This document shows, piece by piece, positions 53,185 through 63,092 of a DNA stretch of 64,000 nt (positions are counted from its first letter, which is position 1; every line of letters begins with the position of its first letter). The translations under genes were made by a program, and so were the position numbers. The notes beneath the pieces were generated by a model. That model worked only from the letters and a program-made list of their open reading frames with translations. It did not search any database and was not told the origin of the DNA. The stretch comes from a candidate division CPR3 bacterium 4484_211 (lineage in GTDB: Bacteria; Patescibacteriota; 4484-211): the NCBI GenBank assembly GCA_002084955.1, contig MZGJ01000004.1, forward strand, positions 3,155 to 67,154, given 5' to 3'.

Positions 53185-54735
53185 TCATCCAGCAATTAGA
53201 CTTCTTCCGGTCATTTCTTCTGGCTTGGCAATGCCTAAAACTTCCAGTATGGTGGGAGCGACATCAGCCAGAATCCCGTTTCTTAATTTTATATTCTTGT
53301 TGTCTTTTAGTTCTTGGGCCACGGCGATGCAGGGAACCGGCGAGTTGTTGTGGGCGGTGTCAATTTTGCCGGTTTGCGGATCAATCATTACTTCCGCGTT
53401 GCCGTGATCGGCAATAATTAAACAAAATCCGTTACTTCTTAAAATCTCTGGGATAACTTTGCCCAGGCAATCATCAACAGCGCTAACGGCTTTGCGGGCC
53501 GCCTTTAGATTGCCGGTATGCCCTACCATGTCGGCATTGGCGTAATTAACAAGAATAAAGTTGTAGAGATCGGCCTTAATCCTTTCCAAAAGAATTTCCG
53601 TTACCACCGGGGCACTCATTTCCGGTTTTTGATCATAGGTGGCTACCCGAGGCGAGGGAACTTTAATTGTCTGCTCGCCGGGAAAAGGTGCTTCATGACC
53701 GCCGTTAAAAAAATAGGTAACATGAGGGAACTTTTCCGATTCCGCCAGGTGGAGCTGGGTCAGTCCTTGTTCGGAAATGATCTCCGCTAAAGGGTGTTCA
53801 ACATAGATATGTTTGAAGAGAGTTCCGGACACCGGCAGGTTTTTTTCGTAGGGAGTCATCGTGATGAAAAATAGGTCTTTGAGAACTATATTCCTCTTAA
53901 ACCCTGCAAAGTCGGGTTCAACAAAAGCGGAGGTCAACTGCCGAGGTCTGTCGAATCGGAAATTAAAAAAGATTACCCCGTCTTTGTTTTGGATGGGAAC
54001 AAAGTTACCGCCTCCGATTTTGGTGGGTGAGATGAATTCGTCGGTTTCTCCGCGCCGGTAGGCGTCTAAAATGGCTTTGGCCGGCGTTTCGGCCAGATAT
54101 CCTTTGCCCAAAGTCAAGAGGTCGTAAGCCTGCTGTGTCCGGTTCCATCTTTTATCCCGGTCCATGGCATAGAAGCGGCCGATGATGGAACTAATCTGGC
54201 CAAGTTGGACGCGGTTCTTTAGAAAGTCGTTTACTTCATTTATAAATTCCTGCGCTGATTGGGGAGGAGTGTCTCGGCCGTCGGTAAAAAGATGCAGGCA
54301 AACTCTGTCCACATTCTGCTCCTTGGCGGCCCTGAGCAGGGCAAAAAGGTGGTTCGTGGAGCTGTGAACCAACCTGTTTCCCAGAAGGCCCATAATGTGC
54401 AGGGCGGAGTGGTGTTTTTTTACGTGTCTGCAGACATTAATTAGAGCTTCTTTTTTAAAGAACGAGCCGTCTTCAATAGATCGATCTATAACAGCAACAT
54501 CTTGGGGGACGATATATCCTGCCCCAATATTTAGGTGTCCGGTTTCGCTGTTGCCAAATTCTGTTTCCGGCAGACCAACGGCTTTTCCCGACGCTTGAAG
54601 CTGTGAGTGGGGATAGTGGGCGGTTAAGTAGTCAAATGTGGGAGTTTTGGCTGAAGCAACTGCGTTCCCCGGGCTAGGCGGGGCGATGCCCCAGCCGTCA
54701 AGAATAATTAAAACGGCAAATTTATAGGTGGTCAT
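53185..54735 (-). CDS. gpmI: 2,3-bisphosphoglycerate-independent phosphoglycerate mutase
   Basis: N-terminus VLIILDGWG, metalloenzyme domain DHGN, catalytic-Ser region. Confidence 0.85.
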   Translation of the reverse strand: MTTYKFAVLIILDGWGIAPPSPGNAVASAKTPTFDYLTAHYPHSQLQASGKAVGLPETEFGNSETGHLNIGAGYIVPQDVAVIDRSIEDGSFFKKEALINVCRHVKKHHSALHIMGLLGNRLVHSSTNHLFALLRAAKEQNVDRVCLHLFTDGRDTPPQSAQEFINEVNDFLKNRVQLGQISSIIGRFYAMDRDKRWNRTQQAYDLLTLGKGYLAETPAKAILDAYRRGETDEFISPTKIGGGNFVPIQNKDGVIFFNFRFDRPRQLTSAFVEPDFAGFKRNIVLKDLFFITMTPYEKNLPVSGTLFKHIYVEHPLAEIISEQGLTQLHLAESEKFPHVTYFFNGGHEAPFPGEQTIKVPSPRVATYDQKPEMSAPVVTEILLERIKADLYNFILVNYANADMVGHTGNLKAARKAVSAVDDCLGKVIPEILRSNGFCLIIADHGNAEVMIDPQTGKIDTAHNNSPVPCIAVAQELKDNKNIKLRNGILADVAPTILEVLGIAKPEEMTGRSLIAG

Positions 54736-54833
54736 AGGGAAATGGCCGGATGGTAAAATGGCTCAATGGTCAAATAACAAGGCTCTCGGATTTTTTATGA
54801 GAGATGATAACCATCTAGCTATTTAGCCATGTT

Positions 54834-56093
54834 TTATACGATCATCTCATCTATCTCAAGCAAGCGGTTGTACTTGGCCGTTCTTTCCCCTCTGGCCGGC
54901 GGGCCTGATTTGATAAAATCGGCGGCAATTCCCGCCGCTAGATCGGCGATAAAGTTATCGTTGGTTTCTTTGGATCGGTGTGAAACCACCAGTTTAATTC
55001 CTTTCTTTTTGGCAATTTTTACCACGCGCAGAACCTCGGTGATTGTTCCGATCTGATTGGGCTTGATGATCATTCCCTTAATGGCTCTTGATTGGATGGC
55101 TTTTTCCAAATAAACCGGATTGGTTGCGGTTAGGTCGTCGCCAACAACAATGACTGCGGGATTAATTTCGCTGTTTAAAGTTTCCCAGAGATCCCATTTA
55201 TCTTCGGGGAAAGGATCCTCTAATAGTTCCAGAGGATAGTGGGAAGCTAATTCTTTAAAGTATTCTATGGGTGATTCTGAGGCCTCTTTTGGCAAGGCGC
55301 CGGCCGCATCGATTCCCAGAGTGAAGTCCTTGGTTGGCTTGTAGCCGTTTTGGCCGGCAGATTGAATTAACAGGTCTAGGGCTTGGGAATTTCCCTCTAG
55401 CGACGGGGCAAATCCTCCCTCTTCACCGTACCCGCTGATGAGGTTTTTTTCGAGGAGAATTTTTTCCAGATTGTGGAAAGTCTCTGAGGCCATTCTTAAT
55501 TGCTCCCAGAATGATTTTTGGGTTCCTTTTTGTGGGATGAGAAGGAATTCTTGGAAGCTCAGATTGTTGTGGGCGTGTCGGCCGCCGTTAATTAGGTTAA
55601 AAACAGCCCGGGGCATCTGGTACTTATAGTCGGTGGCGCCGATTTTCAGATCTTCCTCTTCTACGATAAGTTCATTAAAGTAGTGGTTCAGATGGACAAA
55701 GAGGTGTCTTTTGGCCACATGGGCGCCGGCTTTGGCCACGGCCATAGAAACGGGCAAAATGGCGTTTACCCCCAGATTGGCCTTGTTGGGAGTGCCGTCC
55801 AGGTCAATAAGTTTGCGGTCAATTTTCCCCTGCTCGATAGGGTTTATTCCCTTGATGACCGGATTAATGGCCTCGTTGATTTTTTTAATCGCATTTGAAA
55901 CTTCTTTCCCTTGGAAACGGGAAAAGTCTTTGTCGGTAAGTTCAATCATCTCCTTGGCCCCACGGGAAATACCCGAAGGACAGGAAGCGGTGAAGTATTC
56001 GCCTTCTTTGTCTAGAGACAGGGTTACCTCCACGGCGGGTTCTCCTTTGGAATTTAGTATTTGACGGGCGGAAAGATTCTTAATCAAAGACAT
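54834..56093 (-). CDS. eno: Enolase
   Basis: SHRSKETNDNFIADLAAG (enolase signature), IKPNQIGT; 419 aa. Confidence 0.9.
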   Translation of the reverse strand: MSLIKNLSARQILNSKGEPAVEVTLSLDKEGEYFTASCPSGISRGAKEMIELTDKDFSRFQGKEVSNAIKKINEAINPVIKGINPIEQGKIDRKLIDLDGTPNKANLGVNAILPVSMAVAKAGAHVAKRHLFVHLNHYFNELIVEEEDLKIGATDYKYQMPRAVFNLINGGRHAHNNLSFQEFLLIPQKGTQKSFWEQLRMASETFHNLEKILLEKNLISGYGEEGGFAPSLEGNSQALDLLIQSAGQNGYKPTKDFTLGIDAAGALPKEASESPIEYFKELASHYPLELLEDPFPEDKWDLWETLNSEINPAVIVVGDDLTATNPVYLEKAIQSRAIKGMIIKPNQIGTITEVLRVVKIAKKKGIKLVVSHRSKETNDNFIADLAAGIAADFIKSGPPARGERTAKYNRLLEIDEMIV

Positions 56094-56148
56094 AATTCTT
56101 TAAGACTTGAGGTTAATTTTCAATTTCTAATTTCCTCTGCTCTTGTAA

Positions 56149-56205
56149 ATTTGTCATTCGGATTTTGGGTTTGACTTAACACTTGAACTTTGTCATTTGA
56201 CATTT
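56149..56205. repeat. AT-rich repeat family 2, partial copy (TTTGTCATTCGGATTTTGGGTTTGACTTAACACTTGAACTTTGTCATTTGACATTTT)
   Basis: Upstream of eno; same modules as the other family-2 copies. Confidence 0.45.
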
Positions 56206-56282
56206 TAGAGGGTTCTGCAGAACGCTGTGGCCGGGACATTTATGGCCTCTTCTCAGGAGGCCATATCAGATGAAAAACGGCG

Positions 56283-56681
56283 CTATTTCTTCTCATCATG
56301 CTTATTAAAGAACTCCTTCACTTCTTCTACAATCTGCTTGGGAGTATAGGCAGATTTAATTAGGTAAGCTTCGGCTCCCACATCAAATGCCTCCTTTATT
56401 AGTGAATCCTGTCCCAGATTGGTCAAAAGGATCACAGGAATGTCCTTGGTTTCGGGCTTGCTTTTCAGCGTCCGCAGGACATCTAGTCCGTTTACTTCGG
56501 GCAACATGATGTCCAAAAGAATAAGCGACCACTTTTTCTCCGATGATTTCACCAGGCCGCTGGCTCCGTCTTCGGCAGATTCTACCTCAAATCCCGCCTT
56601 GGTTAGTTGCCGTTCGTAAAGCTCCTTAATAAACAGATCATCTTCAATAAGAAGAATGGATCTTGATTGTTCTTTAGACAT
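56283..56681 (-). CDS. Stand-alone response-regulator receiver (CheY-like) protein
   Basis: ILLIEDD...LILLDIMLPEVNG...K with the conserved Asp (in LILLD) at the expected position; 132 aa, no output domain. Confidence 0.75.
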   Translation of the reverse strand: MSKEQSRSILLIEDDLFIKELYERQLTKAGFEVESAEDGASGLVKSSEKKWSLILLDIMLPEVNGLDVLRTLKSKPETKDIPVILLTNLGQDSLIKEAFDVGAEAYLIKSAYTPKQIVEEVKEFFNKHDEKK

Positions 56682-56744
56682 AGTTTATTAGGCTCCGGGT
56701 TTTATTCTCTGTTCTAGTGTCTGTGACCTAACACCCAGAAACTG

Positions 56745-59012
56745 CTATCTACTTTGTACCATACTTGCTTCCGCTTTGGCAACTAGTTGTTTAACTTTAT
56801 AAAATGCGTCCGGGTTGACCGAGATAGAAGAGATACCCCATTCGACTAATTTTTGCACAAACTCTGGATAGACGCTGGGCGCTTGGCCGCAGATGGAACA
56901 CAAAATGCGGTGTTTGCGGCATTCTTTAATTACCTTTTCAATTACCTCCATAACTGCAGGATTGGTTTCATTCAGGGTGCTTCCTAAGACGGGGTTGTCT
57001 CGGTCGGCGGCCAAGATTAGCTGGGTTAGATCGTTGGATCCAATGGAGACTCCGTCAATGCCGACGCCGATAAAACGTTCCAACAAGATGGCGCTGGCCG
57101 GCGTTTCCACCATGATAAAGAGTTTAAATGACGGAGAGCGGTAGAGGTTATTGGCGGCCAGTACTTTTTTTATTTCAATTAATTCCTCAACTGTTCTTAA
57201 GAATGGAATCATCAGCCAGAGATTTTTGTAGTATTGTCTGACTTTTTTTATCGCCTCGAGCTCCAGTTGAAAGACCTGCGGGTCTTTAATGTAGCGCAGG
57301 GCGCCGCGCATCCCCAGCATGGGGTTGGCTTCTTCTTCCTCGTATTTATCTCCGCCTTTTAGATTACGGTATTCATTAGTTTTAAAATCAGTTGTTCGGT
57401 AAATTACCGGCCGGGGTTTAAAGGACTTGGTGAAAATACGGAGTCCGTTTTCCAGTTCTTTTATAAATTGATCTTGTTTTCCCTGTTTAATTAAGTATTT
57501 TGGATGCACGCCGATGCCGGCAATCATAAACTCGGCTCTAAGCAGGCCGACTCCGTCCACCGGCAGTTTGGCAATTTCTTCAGCGCGTTCCGGCTCGGCA
57601 AGGTTCACATAAATTTTGGTTGCTGTCTTACTGGCGGCAATTTGCTCTTTATTTGTGGCAACTTGTTGATTTCCGCTTATTTGCTGCGCTAAATCTCCTG
57701 TGTAAACTACGCCGTTTTGCCCATCTATGGTGACCGTTTCTCCGGAGGCTAGAGTGTTGGTGGCGACTTCGGTTCCAACAATGCAGGGAATTCCCAATTC
57801 ACGGGAGATAATCGCCGCGTGACAGGTGGTTCCTCCCTCGTCGGTGATAATGGCCGCCGCTTTTTTCATGGCGGGAACGAAATCGGGAGTGGTCATGGTG
57901 GTGACCAGAATTTCTCCTTTACGTATTTTACTGATTTCCTTGGCGCTTTTAAGTTTTTTAACCTTGCCGCTGACCACGCCCGGGCTGGCGCCCAGACCTT
58001 TGAGGATAATTTTTTCATCAAACACCCCAAAATCAGTACCCGGTACTTCATGAGGCTTTTGTGTAAGGGTTGTCACCGGTCTGGTCTGGACAATATAAAT
58101 TTTGTTTTTCCAAATTGCCCATTCAATATCTTGAGGAAATTGGTAGTGTTTTTCCAGTGCCTTGCCGATTTTAGCCAATTCCTTAATTAGTTGATCACTG
58201 ATTTTTTGCTTCTTGCGCCAGTCCCGCGAAACGGCAACTTCACCTTTTTGGGTAATCATTTTGTCTTGAGGGACAATCTTTTTGGTTACGATCTCTAAAC
58301 TGTCTTTGTTTACCTGGTAGTGATCGGGGGTAATGCTGCCGGAAACAATGCCCTCCCCCAGCCCGTAAATGGCCTCAATGGTGATGATCTTGGGATTGTT
58401 GGAGATGGGGTCTACGGTGAATTCTATGCCGGACATTTGCGACTGGATCATTTTCTGTACGGGTACGGCTACTCCGACTTTAAAATGGTCAAATTTCTTT
58501 TGCTCGCGATAGTATATGGACCGGGCGGTAAATAAAGACGCCCAGCATTTTTTGACCGCCTCTGCCACCTGGTTGGGCCCGCTAATGTTAAGGAAGGTTT
58601 CCTGCTGGCCGGCAAAAGAAGCTTCGGGCAAGTCTTCGGCAGTGGCCGAAGAACGCACGGCTACTTTGGTTCTAGCACCGAGCTTTTTATAGGCCTGCGT
58701 AATTTCCTTTTCTATCTTGGGGGGTATCTGGGATTGGATGATAAGTAACTTGATGTTGGCGCTCGCTTTTTGAAGTGAATTGGTGTTTTCTACTTCTATG
58801 GGATTGAGGATTTCTTTTAGCTTTTGGGTGAGCTTATTTTCTTTTAAAAAATAGAAATAGGCGTTGGCGGTAACACAGAATCCTTCCGGAACGGGAAACC
58901 CGGCCTGGGTCATTTCTCCTAAATTGGCCGCTTTTCCACCGACTTCGTTAAGATCCTTTTTGTTGATTTCCTTAAACCACTTGACAAACTGCATGACAGG
59001 CGCAATCTTCAA
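56745..59012 (-). CDS. ppsA: Phosphoenolpyruvate synthase (pyruvate, water dikinase)
   Basis: N-terminal PPDK_N (VGGKAANLGEM), phospho-His domain GGTTCHAAIISRELGIPCIVG, C-terminal PEP-utilising TIM barrel; 755 aa. Contains an in-frame REP copy. Confidence 0.8.
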   Translation of the reverse strand: MKIAPVMQFVKWFKEINKKDLNEVGGKAANLGEMTQAGFPVPEGFCVTANAYFYFLKENKLTQKLKEILNPIEVENTNSLQKASANIKLLIIQSQIPPKIEKEITQAYKKLGARTKVAVRSSATAEDLPEASFAGQQETFLNISGPNQVAEAVKKCWASLFTARSIYYREQKKFDHFKVGVAVPVQKMIQSQMSGIEFTVDPISNNPKIITIEAIYGLGEGIVSGSITPDHYQVNKDSLEIVTKKIVPQDKMITQKGEVAVSRDWRKKQKISDQLIKELAKIGKALEKHYQFPQDIEWAIWKNKIYIVQTRPVTTLTQKPHEVPGTDFGVFDEKIILKGLGASPGVVSGKVKKLKSAKEISKIRKGEILVTTMTTPDFVPAMKKAAAIITDEGGTTCHAAIISRELGIPCIVGTEVATNTLASGETVTIDGQNGVVYTGDLAQQISGNQQVATNKEQIAASKTATKIYVNLAEPERAEEIAKLPVDGVGLLRAEFMIAGIGVHPKYLIKQGKQDQFIKELENGLRIFTKSFKPRPVIYRTTDFKTNEYRNLKGGDKYEEEEANPMLGMRGALRYIKDPQVFQLELEAIKKVRQYYKNLWLMIPFLRTVEELIEIKKVLAANNLYRSPSFKLFIMVETPASAILLERFIGVGIDGVSIGSNDLTQLILAADRDNPVLGSTLNETNPAVMEVIEKVIKECRKHRILCSICGQAPSVYPEFVQKLVEWGISSISVNPDAFYKVKQLVAKAEASMVQSR
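58034..58056 (-). repeat. REP copy F inside ppsA coding sequence (exact 23-mer, reverse orientation)
   Basis: CAGTACCCGGTACTTCATGAGGC on the plus strand. Read in the ppsA frame it encodes ...KPHEVPGTD... in the linker between the ATP-grasp-like N-domain and the phospho-His domain. Confidence 0.8.
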
Positions 59013-59093
59013 AACCTAGGGTGTGAAACACAGTATAAAACTTAAAACGCGAAAGCCTTGGTTACTTAAAGCTGCAACTTTACATTTTACGTT

Positions 59094-60515
59094 TTACATT
59101 TTGAGCTTATACAGGCTACTTAAATCTACCACAGGATATCTTTCTAGTCGAGACTTAACGAAACCTACAATTTCCTTTAATTTATCTTTGCTTTCCGCTT
59201 CAAATCTCAATGAAAGGTTGGGCGTGGTGTTGGAGGCGCGGATTAAAGCCCACTCGGTAGGTGAAAAGCGGATACGGACGCCGTCAATCTCTATCAACTG
59301 CCAGTCTTTGTGGGAATTGATAATCTCTTCTCTAATTTTTTGTTTAATTTCCTCTACAATTTGGAATTTTTGGTCATCAGGGCAGGGGGCTTTTAGCTCT
59401 TCGGTGTGGGCAGTCTTGGGAACATCAGCAAAAAATTGGGAGTAGGGATGATCTGCTTTGGATAGAATTTCCAAGATTCTTGCCCCGGCATAAAGCCCGT
59501 CGTCAAAACCGTAGTAATTGTCTTTGATGTAGGTATGGCCGGAAACTTCGCCGCCCAGAAAAATGTCCTTATTTTCCATTATGGCAACATGGAAGAAAGA
59601 GTGGCCGGTTCTGGTAATAAAAGGTTGCCCGCCCATTTTCTTTATTTCATTGGCTAAAACATATGAGCTTTTTACATCAAATAAGACTTTAGATCCGGGA
59701 TGATTTTTGAGGACATCTCTAGCCAGAACAATTAGTGTCTTGTCATTTTCATAGATGTTGCCTTTTTCATCAATTACGCCAAAACGGTCGCCATCGGTGT
59801 CAAATCCTAATCCCAGATCTAGTTTTTCTTTAAGAATTATTTCTTTTAAGCCCTGCATGTTAATTTTGGCGCCGGGATCAGGTTGATGGTAGGGATAGTC
59901 GCCGTGGAGATTGCAGTATAACGGGAAGATTTCGCAGGGAAATTGTTTAAACAATCGGACGGCAAAGGCCGAGGCGGTGCCGTTGCCGCAGTCAATAGCT
60001 AATCTGAGAGGCTTTTCCAAGTGGATGCGCGACTTGATGTCAGCAAGATATGTTTCAAAGATTTCGCCGTCGTCGTAGGCAACTTCGGCTTCCCCTCTGA
60101 CAAATTCACCGCTTTCAGCTATTTGTTTTAGTTTTAATAATTCTTTCCCATAAAGAGGATTGGCGTTTTTTAGGTCAAACCTGAATCCGTTGAATTCCTT
60201 GGGATTGTGCGAGCCGGTGATAATGACGCCGGCGTCGGCCTTTGTTTTTATAACCGCATAGTGCACTAGGGGGGTCAAACTTAGTCCCAAGTCTAGGAGA
60301 TCACAGCCTGTAGAGAGAAGACCTTCGGTAAAGTAGGCATTGATCTCGTCAGAGGTAAAGCGGTTGTCGTGTCCTAGGATAACTTTTTTCCGTCCTAGTT
60401 GCTGTTTTTGCAAATAAGTCCCAAAGGCCTGGCCCAAAATTTTTGCCTCTCTGGGCATAAAGTCTTTGCCGACAATGCCTCTAATGTCATAGGCGCGGAA
60501 GATGTTGGAATTCAT
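59094..60515 (-). CDS. Phosphoglucomutase/phosphomannomutase family protein
   Basis: Active-site GVIITGSHNPKEFNGFRF; Mg site DTDGDR; 473 aa. Confidence 0.8.
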   Translation of the reverse strand: MNSNIFRAYDIRGIVGKDFMPREAKILGQAFGTYLQKQQLGRKKVILGHDNRFTSDEINAYFTEGLLSTGCDLLDLGLSLTPLVHYAVIKTKADAGVIITGSHNPKEFNGFRFDLKNANPLYGKELLKLKQIAESGEFVRGEAEVAYDDGEIFETYLADIKSRIHLEKPLRLAIDCGNGTASAFAVRLFKQFPCEIFPLYCNLHGDYPYHQPDPGAKINMQGLKEIILKEKLDLGLGFDTDGDRFGVIDEKGNIYENDKTLIVLARDVLKNHPGSKVLFDVKSSYVLANEIKKMGGQPFITRTGHSFFHVAIMENKDIFLGGEVSGHTYIKDNYYGFDDGLYAGARILEILSKADHPYSQFFADVPKTAHTEELKAPCPDDQKFQIVEEIKQKIREEIINSHKDWQLIEIDGVRIRFSPTEWALIRASNTTPNLSLRFEAESKDKLKEIVGFVKSRLERYPVVDLSSLYKLKM

Positions 60516-60567
60516 GGGATTTTTTAATAAGGGCCGTCCCTAAAGGGGAGGGTGCATAACCGGTTAA

Positions 60568-61290
60568 TCACTGCTTCGGTTTGCTGATTAAATCCGGTCT
60601 ATATTTTTCGGTTAACTCTTTGGCTTTTTCTTTCCTCCACTTTTCAATTTCTTTGTGATTTCCAGAGGTTAGAATTTCGGGTACTTTCATGCCTTCAAAT
60701 TCTTCGGGGCGGGTGTATTGGGGATACTTGAGCAGACTTTTTTGGTAACTAAATGATTCTGCCTGCCTAGAGGCCTCTTTCCCCAGCACCCCGGGTATTA
60801 GGCGGGAGACGGCGTCTACAATAACCATGGCCGGCAGCTCACCGCCGGTGAGTATGTAGTCACCGATGCATAAACGTTCATCAGCTATGTGGTTAAAGAT
60901 GCGCTGGTCAACTCCTTCGTAGTGGCCGCAGATGATGATGATGTGCTGAAGGTCGGAGAGTTTTTTGGCTATTCGGTGATTAAATTTCCGCCCGGCGGGG
61001 GAGGTGAGAATTACGTGGGAAAAGCCTTTTTTCCGTTTACGCTTTTGTGTTTGACTAAATTTATCTTTAAGCTGTTGTACAGCTCTAAATACTGGCTCAA
61101 CTTTAAGAATCATCCCCTCCCCTCCTCCGTAGGGTTTATCGTCCACCGTTTTGTGTTTGTCGGTTGCCCATTTTCTAAGATTGTGGATGTTTATGCTAAG
61201 TAGATTTTTATCAACCGCCCTCTTGATGATAGATTCATCAAAAGGCCCTTTAAACATGTTGGGGAAGAGTGTAAGAATGTCAATGGTCAT
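60568..61290 (-). CDS. trmD: tRNA (guanine37-N1)-methyltransferase
   Basis: MTIDILTLFPNMF...PYGGGEGMIL; SPOUT knot region ILICGHYEGVDQR. Confidence 0.9.
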   Translation of the reverse strand: MTIDILTLFPNMFKGPFDESIIKRAVDKNLLSINIHNLRKWATDKHKTVDDKPYGGGEGMILKVEPVFRAVQQLKDKFSQTQKRKRKKGFSHVILTSPAGRKFNHRIAKKLSDLQHIIIICGHYEGVDQRIFNHIADERLCIGDYILTGGELPAMVIVDAVSRLIPGVLGKEASRQAESFSYQKSLLKYPQYTRPEEFEGMKVPEILTSGNHKEIEKWRKEKAKELTEKYRPDLISKPKQ

Positions 61291-61321
61291 AATTCAGATA
61301 ACCAAAATTTTCCCGTGTTTG

Positions 61322-61374
61322 AAATTTGTCATTTGGATTTGGTTTGGCATTGGGCATTTTTAATTTGACATTTT
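61322..61374. repeat. AT-rich dispersed intergenic repeat (family 2), reference copy AAATTTGTCATTTGGATTTGGTTTGGCATTGGGCATTTTTAATTTGACATTTT
   Basis: Near-identical (49/51) to the reverse complement of 12628..12678. Immediately upstream of trmD. Confidence 0.6.
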
Positions 61375-61410
61375 GCGGCCGTTTGGCCATATCGGCTGTC
61401 CAACTTAAGT

Positions 61411-62541
61411 TTATAATAATCTCGTTTTTTTCTCAATAGCTATGCCAAGATGTTGATATGCTCTTTCCGTTGCTACTCTGCCTTTGGGCGTTCTTTTAAT
61501 GAACCCTTTTTGTAAAAGAAAAGGCTCGATGACCTCTTCCAATGTCCCCTGGTCTTCGGCCAGAGCCGAAGCCAGTGTGGACAGCCCGGCCGGTCCCCCC
61601 TTAAATTTATGGATCAGTGTTTTTAGATAACGCTGGTCATTTTTGTCTAAGCCTTCTTCGTCAACTTCCAAAATATCCAAGGCTTTTTTAACGATTTGGG
61701 GAGTGATCCGGCAGGCGTGGTTTACTTGGGAAAAGTCCCGGATGCGTTTTAGCAGACGGTTGGCAATTCGGGGAGTCCCCCGCGCTCTCTTGGCAATTTC
61801 CCGGCAGCTTGAAGGATCCAGCTGAATGTTTAAAAGGCTGGCTGACCGAGAGATAATTTTGGACAGCTCGTCCTGGTTAAAGAAATCCAGGCGGTGGGTG
61901 ACCCCAAATCGGTCTCTTAGCGGCGAGCTCATTAAGGAGATGCGGGTGGTGGCTCCGATGATGGTGAATTTGGGCAGGTCCAAACGGATGGTTTGAGCGG
62001 ATGGGCCCTTGCCCAAGATAATATCTAGGCAGAAATCTTCCATCGCCGAGTACATAGTCTCTTCCACCGCCTTGTTGAGACGGTGTATTTCGTCAATAAA
62101 GAGGATGTCTCCGGTTTGGAGATTGGTAAGAATTGAGGCCAGATCGCCGGTGCGCTCGATGGCCGGGCCGGAGGTTGCCCGTACATTAACCTTCATCTCG
62201 TGGGCCAGGATGTGCGCTAGGGTGGTTTTACCCAGACCGGGCGGTCCGTAAAAAAGAACGTGATCTAAAGGATCGCCGCGTTCCTGAGCGGCCTGAAGGA
62301 ATATTCTAAGAGCCGAAAAAACTCCTCTTTTTACTGTCCCGCCAAAGAAAAACTCCTTTAATGATCTGGGGCGGAGCGCATAATCTAAAACCTCGGAGGT
62401 GGTTTTGGATGAAGAATTGTGATTAGAATTGTCTAAGGCTGTTTTTTTAGTCATTTGAGCTTGAGGTTGCGGCGCGGCTTTCTGGTTCTTGGGTAGATTA
62501 AAATTCATTTTTTGTATCATCTTCCCAAGATCTTTAGGCAT
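61411..62541 (-). CDS. ruvB: Holliday junction branch-migration helicase RuvB (with ~55-aa low-complexity N-terminal extension)
   Basis: Walker A LFYGPPGLGKTTLA, sensor/Arg-finger regions, C-terminal winged helix. Confidence 0.9.
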   Translation of the reverse strand: MPKDLGKMIQKMNFNLPKNQKAAPQPQAQMTKKTALDNSNHNSSSKTTSEVLDYALRPRSLKEFFFGGTVKRGVFSALRIFLQAAQERGDPLDHVLFYGPPGLGKTTLAHILAHEMKVNVRATSGPAIERTGDLASILTNLQTGDILFIDEIHRLNKAVEETMYSAMEDFCLDIILGKGPSAQTIRLDLPKFTIIGATTRISLMSSPLRDRFGVTHRLDFFNQDELSKIISRSASLLNIQLDPSSCREIAKRARGTPRIANRLLKRIRDFSQVNHACRITPQIVKKALDILEVDEEGLDKNDQRYLKTLIHKFKGGPAGLSTLASALAEDQGTLEEVIEPFLLQKGFIKRTPKGRVATERAYQHLGIAIEKKTRLL

Positions 62542-63092
62542 TCCCTAATTTTATCTTGTACCGATAAATCTGTGCCAATTTTTCTTATTGCCTCTTTGGC
62601 CTCCCTTTTGGCGTATCCCAGACTTACCAAAGCTTCAACAACCTGCTTTGTTTCCGGATCTTCTTCCAGTTGGGAGAGATCAAAATCCTTTTCCTTTCCG
62701 AACTTGGATTTTAGTTCCAAAATGATCCGGCCGGCATTCTTTTTACCAATACCGGGCACGGAGGTAAAAACATGAGTGTAATTCTTTTCTACCGCCTCCT
62801 TGATCTCGCTGACCGAGGCCTGCGAAAGAATACCCAAAGCACTTTTGGGTCCTATGCCGGAAATATCAATGAATAACGAGAAAAGAGTTTGTTGTTCCAG
62901 TGAGTCAAATCCGAAAACTTCTAGTTCATTCTCCCGCACGTAAAGATAGGTGTAAAGGTCTACTTTATCGCCTTTTTTCTTCTGGGACAGTAAGGACAAG
63001 GGGACGCGAACCTTGAAAGATACCGGGCCGAGGCTAATGATTAACGATTGGCTAATTTTTTGTTCAACTGTTCCGCGAATTTTAAAAAGCAC
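62517..63092 (-). CDS. ruvA: Holliday junction DNA helicase RuvA
   Basis: MLFKIRGTV... OB N-domain, two HhH motifs (GIGPKSA, GIGKKNA). The stop overlaps the ruvB start by 25 nt. Confidence 0.85.
   Translation of the reverse strand: MLFKIRGTVEQKISQSLIISLGPVSFKVRVPLSLLSQKKKGDKVDLYTYLYVRENELEVFGFDSLEQQTLFSLFIDISGIGPKSALGILSQASVSEIKEAVEKNYTHVFTSVPGIGKKNAGRIILELKSKFGKEKDFDLSQLEEDPETKQVVEALVSLGYAKREAKEAIRKIGTDLSVQDKIRECLKILGR

Noticed and set aside
31557-58056. Whether the dispersed 23-bp repeats could be a CRISPR array or its remnants
   Set aside because: Copies are 1-16 kb apart and in both orientations, with no regular spacer periodicity and no cas genes. The pattern fits REP/MITE-like elements, not CRISPR.
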